Source: Nitrospirota bacterium (GTDB lineage: Bacteria > Nitrospirota > Thermodesulfovibrionia > Thermodesulfovibrionales > Dissulfurispiraceae). From it: a stretch of DNA of 64,000 nt. The stretch lies in contig CAVPZX010000002.1 in the NCBI GenBank assembly GCA_963710375.1, positions 192,001 through 256,000 of the forward strand. Direction: 5' to 3'. The translations under genes were made by a program, and so were the position numbers. Below are positions 31,505 through 41,184 of this stretch, piece after piece (position 1 is the first letter of the stretch; each line of letters begins with the position of its first letter). A model generated the notes under the pieces. That model did not search any database and was not told where the DNA came from. It saw nothing but the letters and a program-made list of their open reading frames with translations.

Positions 31505-32435
31505 ATGTAAACACCTTTCTGAACTTGTTAATAAGACGCGGGACTATGCCGTCTCTCAGGAACAGCAGCGAGAGTGTCAATATCAGACCATAAACAAGGA
31601 CGTCGAGTTCTTCGAATCGCCTCAAAAGCTCCGGCAGTACGGTTATAACAATGGCGCCGACTATTCCGCCCCACAGATTAGTTATCCCTCCGACAACGAC
31701 CATCATCAACACCAGAACCGAATAGAAGAATGAAAAGCTGCTCGGGCTTATGAATGTCATAAAATGTGCGTAAAGGCCGCCGGCAAGCGCGGCATAGACT
31801 GCGCTGAGCACAAACACCTTTATTTTGAGCACAACTACGTCCAGCCCCATAGCGTCGCTTGCAAGCACACTGCCGTGAATAGCCCTCAGCGCCCTGCCGC
31901 TCCTCGAGTTCATAAGATTCAAAGAAAAGGCCATAACCGCAGCAACGACCAGCCAGGTGAGATAAAAAAAGCCTCTTGTTGTATTCAGTGTATATCCGAA
32001 AATGCCGAACTGGGGGATGTCGCCGAAACCGGACGGCCCTCCCGGTCCCCATTCATTCAGGGCAACATGAACTATCTCGCCAAAGCCCAGGGTCGCAACC
32101 GCAAGATAGTGGCCCTTCAGCCTCAGGGCCGGCACCGCCAGTACAACTGCAGCCAGGGCGGCAGCCATCATTCCAAGAACAAGACTCATGACGACCGGCA
32201 GCCCATAATGCGCGCTCAGTATGGATGACACATAGGCCCCGATCCCGTAAAAACCGGCCTGTCCCAGAGATATCTGGCCTGCATAACCCATGAGGACACA
32301 GAGCCCGATTGCAACGAGTGCATTTATGCCGGAAAAGATGCCTATCGTTAATGCATAAGTGCTTCCTGTCAGAAAAGGCATGGAGATGATAAGGACCACG
32401 AAAATCAGCATCGCCAGGGAGTTCGTTCTGTCCAT
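31491..32435 (-). CDS. livM: ABC permease (LivM-like)
   Basis: GYAGQISLGQAGF, LKGHYLAVATLGF; real start MDRTNSL at 32435. Confidence 0.88.
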   Translation of the reverse strand: MDRTNSLAMLIFVVLIISMPFLTGSTYALTIGIFSGINALVAIGLCVLMGYAGQISLGQAGFYGIGAYVSSILSAHYGLPVVMSLVLGMMAAALAAVVLAVPALRLKGHYLAVATLGFGEIVHVALNEWGPGGPSGFGDIPQFGIFGYTLNTTRGFFYLTWLVVAAVMAFSLNLMNSRSGRALRAIHGSVLASDAMGLDVVVLKIKVFVLSAVYAALAGGLYAHFMTFISPSSFSFFYSVLVLMMVVVGGITNLWGGIVGAIVITVLPELLRRFEELDVLVYGLILTLSLLFLRDGIVPRLINKFRKVFTFARS

Positions 32436-32437
32436 GA

Positions 32438-33325
32438 TCAAAACTTCCTCAGCCGGGCTGCGGCACTGCTGCCGAATATGCCGGAGGGCCTGAAAAAAAG
32501 TACCAGCAGCAGTATTATCAGCGCAACAGCATCTTTCAATCCCGATTGCAGATATCCCGCTGTCATCGACTCCAGGATGCCGATCAGGAATCCGCCGATG
32601 ACCGCACCCCTGCCTCTTCCCAGTCCCCCCATAATTGCAGCGCAGAATCCTTTTACCGCAAGCATGGGCCCGTAATCGTATGCCATCAATGAAATGGGAG
32701 TTATCGCTATCCCACCTATGGCGCCTGCCATAGCGCTGAAAATGAACGAAAGCATTACCATCCGCGACACATTTATTCCGACGAGCCTTGCTGCTGTGGA
32801 GTCCACAGAGCATGCCTTCATCGCCTTGCCGGTTAAGGTTTTATTGAAAAACAGAAAAAGCAGGACTATGCACAAAGCAGTCACCCCGATGACCCATAAA
32901 GTCTGCTGCTGGATGATTGCCCCGTGAATGCTTATGGGCTCGCCCTCTGTGAATGGATCGTAAGAATAGCTATCTTTACCGAATTTAAACATTAGGAGGC
33001 CCCTCAGAACTATTGAGACAGATATAGTGATCATTATCATCAGCAGGGGGTCGGTTTTTTTCACGGGCCTTATTGTCAACCTTTCCATCAAAAGCCCCAC
33101 AAGGCCCGCCGTTAGGATAGTGAGGAAAATCGAGACAAAGAAAGACAGTTTTAACGATGCTGTGAAGAACCACATCGTCAGGCCTCCGATCACCACAAAT
33201 TCTCCCTGGGCCAGGTTGATGATGGATGTGGCATTATAAATAATGTTAAAGCCCACGCCGACCAGGGCATAAACCGCCCCTACGGTGAGGCCCGAGAAAA
33301 GAAACTGCAAGAAAACGGTCAACAA
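32438..33325 (-). CDS. livH: ABC permease (LivH-like)
   Basis: GAVYALVGVG, INLAQGEF, GKAMKA, RPSGIFG. Confidence 0.88.
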   Translation of the reverse strand: MLTVFLQFLFSGLTVGAVYALVGVGFNIIYNATSIINLAQGEFVVIGGLTMWFFTASLKLSFFVSIFLTILTAGLVGLLMERLTIRPVKKTDPLLMIMITISVSIVLRGLLMFKFGKDSYSYDPFTEGEPISIHGAIIQQQTLWVIGVTALCIVLLFLFFNKTLTGKAMKACSVDSTAARLVGINVSRMVMLSFIFSAMAGAIGGIAITPISLMAYDYGPMLAVKGFCAAIMGGLGRGRGAVIGGFLIGILESMTAGYLQSGLKDAVALIILLLVLFFRPSGIFGSSAAARLRKF

Positions 33326-33326
33326 A

Positions 33327-34481
33327 CTATTTCAGTATCTCCCAGTCTCCGTTTTTGACAACCACCATTTCGAATGCGGTCTTATCAAGGCCGCAATGGT
33401 CTCCAGGTGACATATTGAAGATACCGGCTGTTCCGACCCATTTTTTTATTCTTGTTTCAATGTAGTCCCTAATCTTCTTTTTGTCTCCCCCGACTTTTTT
33501 AAGCGCCTCCGTGACCACCATAATCGCATCGTATGCATGTCCGCCGAATGTGCCTGGTTCCCCTTTATACCTGGCTTCATAATCCTGGGTATATCTTTTC
33601 AGGAGTTTATACTGGGGATTCGAGGCAGGAATCTTGTCCCACACCACGAGCCTGCCCAGGGGGGCGATAACGCCGTCAGACGCCTTGCCAGCGAGTTCGA
33701 TATTCTTTTTGCTGCCCCACCCATGGCTCTGATAGAGAGGGATCCCCATTTTTAATGCGTACCAGTTCTTTGTTACGATTACCTGTCCCGGGCCGACTGA
33801 CCAGTTTATGACTGCCTGGGCGCCTGCGGCCTTGATCTTTACAAGCTGGGTCGTCATATCAGAATCTTTTGGCCCGTATTTTTCATCAGCGACTATTGCC
33901 ATACCGTATCGGGGGGCTGTTTCGAGGAGAGCTTTTCTGCCGGCGTCACCGAACCCGGTAGATATAGTGACTATGCCGACCTTCGAAATTCCATGCTTTT
34001 TCATATAGGTATAGATCGCCTCAACGGCGTTCGTATCATATTGAGGAGTCTTGAATATCCAGTATCTTTCTTTTACAGGCTGGGTTATATCCGCGCCTGC
34101 TGCACACGAAATCAGAGGAGTTTTGGCAGAGTTCATTATCGGCACTAGCGCCATCGATTCACCTGTGGTCGACGGCCCAATTACAGCAAGCACTCTATCA
34201 CTGTCTATGAGTTTCCTGGCTGCGAGCACGGCCTGAGTTTCATCGCTCTTTGAGTCTTCGATGATTATCTCAAGCGGATGGCCGTTTATGCCACCGGCCT
34301 TGTTTATCTGGTCCTGAAGAAGCAGTGCAGTATTCTTCTCCGGCTCACCCAGGAAAGAAGCTGCACCAGTCACCGAAAAAACGGCGCCTATCCTATAAGG
34401 CTCTGCAGCATAAGTGCTCCCTGTTATGATCATCGATAAAAGAAACCCTATCAAAGCACAAACTGTCGCAACTCTTTTCAT
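33327..34481 (-). CDS. ABC substrate-binding protein (LivK-like, possibly aryl-acid binding)
   Basis: Signal peptide, IGAVFSVTG, GGINGHPL, VIGPSTTG. Confidence 0.88.
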   Translation of the reverse strand: MKRVATVCALIGFLLSMIITGSTYAAEPYRIGAVFSVTGAASFLGEPEKNTALLLQDQINKAGGINGHPLEIIIEDSKSDETQAVLAARKLIDSDRVLAVIGPSTTGESMALVPIMNSAKTPLISCAAGADITQPVKERYWIFKTPQYDTNAVEAIYTYMKKHGISKVGIVTISTGFGDAGRKALLETAPRYGMAIVADEKYGPKDSDMTTQLVKIKAAGAQAVINWSVGPGQVIVTKNWYALKMGIPLYQSHGWGSKKNIELAGKASDGVIAPLGRLVVWDKIPASNPQYKLLKRYTQDYEARYKGEPGTFGGHAYDAIMVVTEALKKVGGDKKKIRDYIETRIKKWVGTAGIFNMSPGDHCGLDKTAFEMVVVKNGDWEILK

Positions 34482-34588
34482 TTTTCCTCCCTTTGTCTCA
34501 TCTATAAACGTGCAGCAAACATACAACCCTTTAATAGCAGTTATAAAGATAGCAAATTGTCGGCTATAAAAACAATAAGGAAGGCAGC

Positions 34589-34766
34589 GGCAGGAGAAGG
34601 GGAATACTTGTTTTTCGACGCGCTGAAACTACCTTTGTCGGCAAATCTCAATGTCTTCATGGCAGCGATACTCGACTCCGTTCTCAGGTGGGGCTCGGCG
34701 TTACTCGCCCCCGTTACAGTAGACCCGTGCATCGCATCGAAAAACAAGTATTCCCCTTCTCCCGCC
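34589..34766 (+). repeat. 178-bp palindromic element, family B copy 2
   Basis: 30-bp arms GGCAGGAGAAGGGGAATACTTGTTTTTCGA with one mismatch; homologous to 15516-15693. Confidence 0.9.
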
Positions 34767-34858
34767 TTCCGCTATTTTGTATCTCTCAGTTTGCAGTAAT
34801 TCCCGAATGTGTGATAAAATTTTTAGCTATTTTAACCACTTGTCGAAAGGATGCGCTC

Positions 34859-35434
34859 ATGAATGTCACTAGTGTATTATTAGCGGGTGTTGGAGGCCAG
34901 GGGATTGTTCTGGCGAGTAAAATCCTTGCGAAGTGTGCGTTCACAGCCGGTTTAATGGTTAAAGAGAGCGAGCTTCACGGGATGGCCCAGAGAGGCGGGA
35001 GCGTAGTCAGCCATGTCCGTTTCGGCGAGGAGGTCTATTCACCTCTTATACCAGCGGGCAAAGCCGATTTTATGGTGGCTCTCGAAGAACTTGAAGGCCT
35101 CAGATATACCTATTTTCTGAAACCTTCAGCACAGGTGATACTTAACAGTAAGCAAGTGATGCCCTCTGTCATACTCCCTGAAAATTCCCGGTACCCGGAA
35201 AACATCAGACAAAAGCTGGAATCGCTGGGATTCCGGGTTGACGAGATTAATGCACTAGAAACCGCTAAAGAATTGGGCAACCTCAAAGTCGAAAACATTA
35301 TTCTTGTCGGTGCGCTCTCACGATATCTTCCCTTTACTATGGAGGATTGGCAGAAAACGATAGCAGAATCGGTACCGGCTAAAACCATAGAAATAAACAT
35401 AAAGGCATTCAAGACAGGCAGGGATAGGAAATAA
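34859..35434 (+). CDS. iorB: Indolepyruvate oxidoreductase beta subunit
   Basis: GVGGQGIVLAS, SELHGMAQRGGSVVSHVRFG, INIKAF. Confidence 0.92.
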   Translation: MNVTSVLLAGVGGQGIVLASKILAKCAFTAGLMVKESELHGMAQRGGSVVSHVRFGEEVYSPLIPAGKADFMVALEELEGLRYTYFLKPSAQVILNSKQVMPSVILPENSRYPENIRQKLESLGFRVDEINALETAKELGNLKVENIILVGALSRYLPFTMEDWQKTIAESVPAKTIEINIKAFKTGRDRK

Positions 35435-35444
35435 GGAATCGGAC

Positions 35445-36737
35445 ATGTTCTGGCAAAAGCAGGTTGAAACAATCGGACGGAGGAGTCTGCAGTCCTTTCA
35501 GCTTCAGAAACTCCGGAAGACAGTTGCTGATGTTTATAAAAAAGTTCCATTTTACAAAGATAGATTAGATGAATCAGGAGTCAAACCTTCGGACATTAAA
35601 ACTCTGAAGGATGTCAGGAAACTTCCATTCACCACCAGGGACGACCTAAGATACAATTACCCTTATGGGATGCTTGCGGTCCCAAAAGACAATGTTGTGC
35701 GGCTTCATACCTCAAGCGGCACCACCGGTAAGCCAAAGGCCTTATTTTTCTCGGCGAAGGACATAAATAATTCGGCCCAACTCATAGCCAGGTGCCTTGT
35801 GATGACAGGTATGACGCGGGGTGATATACTGCAGAACATGATGACCTACGGCCTTTTTACAGGGGCAATGGTAATGCACTATGGCGCCGAGAAGTTGGGC
35901 GTACTTGTAATTCCCTCCGGACCCGGTAATACCGACAGGCAGATAACGCTGATGCAGGATTTCGATACGACAGCTATTCATATCACGCCGAGTTATGCGC
36001 TTTACCTCGGAGCGGTCCTGCAGAAGAGGGGGATCGACCCAAGGGAGGGGCTCAAGCTCAAGAGGGCGTATCTGGGCGCGGAGCCTTACTCCGAAGAGAC
36101 AAGACGGAAACTTGAGGATATCTTTGGCATAGACGTATACAACTCATATGGTCTGACCGAAATGAACGGGCCGGGCGTCGGTTTTGAATGCACCGAAAAA
36201 CACGGCATGCATATATGGGAAGATATGTTCCTGATGGAAATAATCAACCCTGAGACAGGCGAAGAAGTCCAGGAAGGTGAAGTTGGGGAGATAGTTTTCA
36301 CTACGTTGCAGCGGGATGCGATGCCCATACTCCGTTACCGCACGAGAGATCTCACAAGCGTTATGCCGGGCAAATGTAAATGCGGAAGGACGCATCGCAG
36401 AATATCCCGAATAATCGGCAGGTCCGACGACATGTTCATTTTAAGGGGCGTCAACATATTCCCGCAGCAGATAGAGCAGGTGCTTATGAGCGTGAAGGGC
36501 GTTGCTGAAAATTACCAGATAGTGCTAGAATCTTTTGACGAAATGGACATAAAAGTCGAGATATCAAGAGACTTGTTTGACGGTAATATCGAACACCTTA
36601 TGGCATTGAAAACAACAATAACGGACAAGATAAGGTCTGCTGTCCTGGTGAAACCTAAAGTGGAGCTCGTGGAGCCAGGCACCCTGCCGGTCAGCGAGGG
36701 GAAAGCAACAAGAGTGATAGATAAAAGGACAATATAG
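35445..36737 (+). CDS. paaK: Phenylacetate-CoA ligase family protein
   Basis: [33 protein letters not shown]. Confidence 0.9.
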   Translation: MFWQKQVETIGRRSLQSFQLQKLRKTVADVYKKVPFYKDRLDESGVKPSDIKTLKDVRKLPFTTRDDLRYNYPYGMLAVPKDNVVRLHTSSGTTGKPKALFFSAKDINNSAQLIARCLVMTGMTRGDILQNMMTYGLFTGAMVMHYGAEKLGVLVIPSGPGNTDRQITLMQDFDTTAIHITPSYALYLGAVLQKRGIDPREGLKLKRAYLGAEPYSEETRRKLEDIFGIDVYNSYGLTEMNGPGVGFECTEKHGMHIWEDMFLMEIINPETGEEVQEGEVGEIVFTTLQRDAMPILRYRTRDLTSVMPGKCKCGRTHRRISRIIGRSDDMFILRGVNIFPQQIEQVLMSVKGVAENYQIVLESFDEMDIKVEISRDLFDGNIEHLMALKTTITDKIRSAVLVKPKVELVEPGTLPVSEGKATRVIDKRTI

Positions 36738-36762
36738 AAATTCTTTTTTGAGGGCGGCGGCT

Positions 36763-37185
36763 ATGGATAAGGTAATGCAGATATCGATATTTGCAGAGAA
36801 TAAGCTCGGCAAGATGGAAAAAGTGACTAAAGTCCTCTCCGATTCGAAGATTAATATTCTTGCCATATCAATTACCAGCACAAACGGATTTGGAATCATA
36901 AAGTTCATGGTCGATAAGCCTGAGCTTGCGCTTGCGGTACTTAAGAAGGACGGTTTTACGGTTTCTCTTACTGAAGTGCTTGCTATCGAAATGGATGACC
37001 AGCCAGGAGGATTGCACGAAGTAGTCAGCATCCTTGCCCAAAATAATATCAACATTGAAAATGCGTCAGTATACGTTGCGGAGTCGAGGAAGAGGGCCTA
37101 TCTGCTGGTTGAGGTCAAGGACATAGATAATGCAAAAAAGCTTTTTGAAAACACCAGTCTGAAATTATACAGGAGAGAGAAATGA
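36763..37185 (+). CDS. Tandem ACT-domain protein
   Basis: [11 protein letters not shown]...DQPGGLHEV...INIE. Confidence 0.85.
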   Translation: MDKVMQISIFAENKLGKMEKVTKVLSDSKINILAISITSTNGFGIIKFMVDKPELALAVLKKDGFTVSLTEVLAIEMDDQPGGLHEVVSILAQNNINIENASVYVAESRKRAYLLVEVKDIDNAKKLFENTSLKLYRREK

Positions 37186-38480
37186 TTTGGGACAAACATG
37201 CGGAGTGTATGCCGGCCAGGGAAAGAGAGAGGTTGCAGCTTGAGAGGTTAAGAAAGGCTGTTAAGAGGGCATATGACAATGTACCCTTTTTCAAAAAGAA
37301 ATTCACAGAAGAGAAAGTTAGCCCAGAAGACATCAGGACGCTGAAAGACATAACCAGAATCCCCTTCACCACAAAGGCAGACCTCCGGGATTGTTATCCG
37401 TTCGGCATGTTTGGCGTCCCCCGCAGCGAAATCGTCGAGGTGCACACATCCTCGGGAACTACAGGTAAACCTGTGGTAGCAGGATATACCCGCAGTGACA
37501 TAGACCTGTGGAGCGAAGTGATGGCGCGCTGCCTGACAATGGCGCAAGCGACCGAGGAAGACATAATCCAGAACTGTTATGGATACGGGATGTTTACCGG
37601 CGGGATGGGCGTTCATTACGGCGCTCAGAGGATAGGGGCCACCGTCGTTCCGATATCCGCCGGCAATACGAAAAGACAGCTTGAGGTGATGCAGGACTTC
37701 GGCACCACTGTCATAACCTGCACGCCTTCATATGCATTGTACCTGGCAGAGGTAGCCGAAGAAGAGGGTATAATCACCAAAAAGATAAAGTTAAAGAGCG
37801 GATGTTTCGGTGCGGAGATGTGGAGCGAAAAAATCCGTGAGCAGATAGAGAAGAGATTCAATATTCTGGCGCTGAACATTTATGGCCTGACAGAAATAAT
37901 AGGACCCGGCGTAGCGCATGAGTGCCCGGAAAAAACAGGGCTCCATATATTTGAAGACCATTTTTATGCCGAGGTCATCTCACCCGAAACACTTGAACCG
38001 CTGCCTGAAGGAGAACAGGGCGAACTGGTCATCACTACCTTGACCCGCGAGGCCACGCCGATGCTCCGCTTCAGAACTCGCGACGTCACTGCGCTCAGGA
38101 GGGAAGTGTGCAAGTGCGGAAGGACCCTGGTAAGAATGGAACGCATCAAAGGCCGCACCGATGACATGCTTAAGATCAGGGGCGTAATGGTCTTTCCGTA
38201 CAACATAGAAAAGGCCCTGCTCGAAATTAAAGGCATTGAGCCGCATTATCAGATAATAGTGACCCGGCCGCAGCATCTCGATGAGATCGAAGTTCAGGTC
38301 GAGATGTCCAGGAAGGTTTTCTCCGATGAAGTGAGGCGTATTGAAGATCTGAAGAAAAATATAGAAAAGCATATAGAGAGATCGGTAGGGATAAGGGTCA
38401 GAGTCACACTCGTGGAACCAAAGACCCTCCCGCGCAGTGAAGGCAAAGCTAAACGCGTCATTGACATGCGTCAACTTTAA
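37182..38480 (+). CDS. paaK: Phenylacetate-CoA ligase family protein
   Basis: [33 protein letters not shown]. Confidence 0.9.
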   Translation: MIWDKHAECMPARERERLQLERLRKAVKRAYDNVPFFKKKFTEEKVSPEDIRTLKDITRIPFTTKADLRDCYPFGMFGVPRSEIVEVHTSSGTTGKPVVAGYTRSDIDLWSEVMARCLTMAQATEEDIIQNCYGYGMFTGGMGVHYGAQRIGATVVPISAGNTKRQLEVMQDFGTTVITCTPSYALYLAEVAEEEGIITKKIKLKSGCFGAEMWSEKIREQIEKRFNILALNIYGLTEIIGPGVAHECPEKTGLHIFEDHFYAEVISPETLEPLPEGEQGELVITTLTREATPMLRFRTRDVTALRREVCKCGRTLVRMERIKGRTDDMLKIRGVMVFPYNIEKALLEIKGIEPHYQIIVTRPQHLDEIEVQVEMSRKVFSDEVRRIEDLKKNIEKHIERSVGIRVRVTLVEPKTLPRSEGKAKRVIDMRQL

Positions 38481-38491
38481 AGGAGCGCCAT

Positions 38492-38923
38492 ATGAAAGTT
38501 AAACAAATTTCAATCTTTCTGGAGAACAAAAAAGGCAGGTTATTTGAAGCCATTGATACGCTGGCAAAGGCGAAGATAAATATACGCGCTCTCTCGATTG
38601 CCGACACGTCTGAATTCGGCATACTGCGTATCATAGTACATGAGCCGGACAAGGCAAAGAAAGCCCTTGAGAAAAGCGGTTTCACGGTAAGAGAAAATAA
38701 CGTGATCGCTATCGGCGTATCCGACCAGCCCGGCGGACTTTCCGAGGCGCTGAAGGTATTGAATGAGGCTCAGATCAATGTCGAATACCTGTACGCATTT
38801 GTCGAGAAAACCGCTCAAAAGGCAGTGGTCGTAATCCGCACCGAGAACACTGATGCAGCTGTCAAGGCCCTGAAGGATGGAGGTATTACGGTGCTGTCGG
38901 CAAAAGAGATTTACAATCTGTAG
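38492..38923 (+). CDS. Tandem ACT-domain protein
   Basis: [39 protein letters not shown]. Confidence 0.88.
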   Translation: MKVKQISIFLENKKGRLFEAIDTLAKAKINIRALSIADTSEFGILRIIVHEPDKAKKALEKSGFTVRENNVIAIGVSDQPGGLSEALKVLNEAQINVEYLYAFVEKTAQKAVVVIRTENTDAAVKALKDGGITVLSAKEIYNL

Positions 38924-39003
38924 CCCTGAACCGGCACAGCTGCGCACCAAGGGCTACCAGGGCAAGCTAAAACCCCCTGTGCCATCCCGGTTGCCTTGGC
39001 CGT

Positions 39004-41043
39004 TCAGCGGAGGTTTGATGCCAGGGAAGCGCTATATTCATTTTCAATAGCGTCTATGCCTTCGTGCATCTGCCTGGTAAACTTTTCAAAATCAATGTAT
39101 AACGATTTAGCACTATTATTGTCTCCGGCATTGACCTTGTTAACAATATCTTTTGCTAACGTATGGATTCTCTCATGCGGTAATGCCAGGGCCTTGAATG
39201 TAGCAAGATGTCCGAAGAGTTCTGTTCCTTCAGTATCATACCATATGCCAAATCTGCAGTTATGACTATCATGAAGTTTGGCTGAGGTCCACTGTTTATT
39301 CCCCTTAATAACATCGTCAATATTGTCGAGAAAGGCTTTATGATCTGATCTTGCGATTTCGAGCATAACTATACCACTCCCTCCAGTTTTAAAGCCTGAG
39401 CTTGCTTTGCGCAGATTATCAACTTCACCGATTATGTTGTTAGCGCCTTTAAGGACACGCCGCGATATATCATCCGTTTCTTTTGAAATGCTTAATGTTG
39501 TCTCAATATTTTTTGCAACTTCCTTTGCCGCGGCAGATTGCTGTTCAACGGCAGTTGCAATCTGTGATATCTGATCACCGGCCCTGCGAACCGAGTCATT
39601 GATTTTAGCGAGAGATTCACCAACCTCATTTATATATTCATTGGCCCTTGTCACTTCTTCAGTTGTGGTATTCATCGATTTCGTAGTCAGTTCAGATTCG
39701 TGCTGGACAGCAGTTATTTTTCCATTTATTTCAGAAGTGGCTTTTATCGTCTTCTCAGCCAGCTTCCTCACTTCGTCAGCAACCACCGCAAACCCTCTGC
39801 CCTGTTCACCGGCTCTTGCCGCTTCTATCGCGGCATTTAAAGCCAGAAGATTCGTCTGGTCGGCAATGTCTGTAATTACAACGACAATCCCGCCAATTTC
39901 CTCCACACTTTTATTTAATTTTTCGATCATGGTTGACAGGTCGATTGTTGAACTAAAAACTTTATTAACAGAGGCAACTGCACCATCAGATATTTGTTTC
40001 CCTGTATCGGCCGTTTTCATGGCATCATTAGATACATCCAGAGCCAGCGATGCTGATTTTGATATATCGGTCACAGTTTGACTCATCTCTTCTGCTGCAG
40101 TGGCTATTTGATTCGCCTGGTTGTATTGCGTCTTTGCTCCCTCGGACATTACTTTCGCATCGTCTCTCAGAGCGCCTACGTTTTTAACAACATTACTTGC
40201 AGATGTTAAAGTATTATTGATCATCATGCCGTAAGAATCCAGCAACATATTTATCTCACGCACGAGACCACCGATCTCGTCACTGCTTTTTTCTTCAAGT
40301 CTTTTTGTCAGGTCGCCACCCCCCTCCGCCACCATCCTAAGTGCTTTTTTAAATTCATTCATCGGCTTTGTCACAAAACCACGACCGACAATGAAAGTCA
40401 TAAGTGTGACTAAAGCAGAAACAACAATGATCATTCCGCCCAATATCATAAGCATCTTATGAACTACTGCTGCTATATCATCAGTATAAGAGCCGCCTCC
40501 TATGACCCATCCCCAGGGCTTGTACCCTTTGACATAGGAAACTTTCTGTTGCGGCTCCTGTTCTCCCGGCTTTGGCCACAAATATGAAATCAATCCTTCT
40601 CCTCTATCCTTCACTATATTTACCATTTCGACAAACATTGCCTTGCCATTAGGGTCTTTCATGTCGGAGATATCTTTCCCGTCCAGCTCAGGATTGATAG
40701 GCGACATGATCATTTTAGGACCCATATCGTTAACCCAAATATAGTCTTTCCCGTTTTTGCCAAACCTGAAATTTTTAAGCCTGTTTGCAGCTCTCTGCTG
40801 CCCCTCTTGCAGTGTAAATTCCCCGCTTGCAACACGCTTGTCATATTCAACTACCATGTTATATGCAACATTGACAACGCTCGAAAGCATCGTCTGCTTC
40901 TCTTCCATTTCATGATCTTTTATAACGGGCAGGATAAAGAAAATTACTCCCATGATAATGAGTCCTATTGCCGTTATAGGCATGATGGAAATCTTCCAGA
41001 ACACCGGCCAATTTCTGAACTTCAATAAGTCTGCTTTTTCCAT
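39004..41043 (-). CDS. Methyl-accepting chemotaxis protein (sCache_2-HAMP-MCP-CZB)
   Basis: KDPNGK..YLWPKPG cache domain, [35 protein letters not shown]-terminal H..CRFGIWY..HERIH zinc-binding domain. Confidence 0.92.
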   Translation of the reverse strand: MEKADLLKFRNWPVFWKISIMPITAIGLIIMGVIFFILPVIKDHEMEEKQTMLSSVVNVAYNMVVEYDKRVASGEFTLQEGQQRAANRLKNFRFGKNGKDYIWVNDMGPKMIMSPINPELDGKDISDMKDPNGKAMFVEMVNIVKDRGEGLISYLWPKPGEQEPQQKVSYVKGYKPWGWVIGGGSYTDDIAAVVHKMLMILGGMIIVVSALVTLMTFIVGRGFVTKPMNEFKKALRMVAEGGGDLTKRLEEKSSDEIGGLVREINMLLDSYGMMINNTLTSASNVVKNVGALRDDAKVMSEGAKTQYNQANQIATAAEEMSQTVTDISKSASLALDVSNDAMKTADTGKQISDGAVASVNKVFSSTIDLSTMIEKLNKSVEEIGGIVVVITDIADQTNLLALNAAIEAARAGEQGRGFAVVADEVRKLAEKTIKATSEINGKITAVQHESELTTKSMNTTTEEVTRANEYINEVGESLAKINDSVRRAGDQISQIATAVEQQSAAAKEVAKNIETTLSISKETDDISRRVLKGANNIIGEVDNLRKASSGFKTGGSGIVMLEIARSDHKAFLDNIDDVIKGNKQWTSAKLHDSHNCRFGIWYDTEGTELFGHLATFKALALPHERIHTLAKDIVNKVNAGDNNSAKSLYIDFEKFTRQMHEGIDAIENEYSASLASNLR

Positions 41044-41184
41044 TTGTATGTACCCCCCCGTGACTCAATTAACATAATGCCTCTATTTAGCCGTCTTGTC
41101 CAATAAAAAACACTTCTGAATGCAACAGAATTATAGCAGATGGCGCCGAGGTTATTTCAAGGAGCAAGTGGGGGAAATTGGAGG

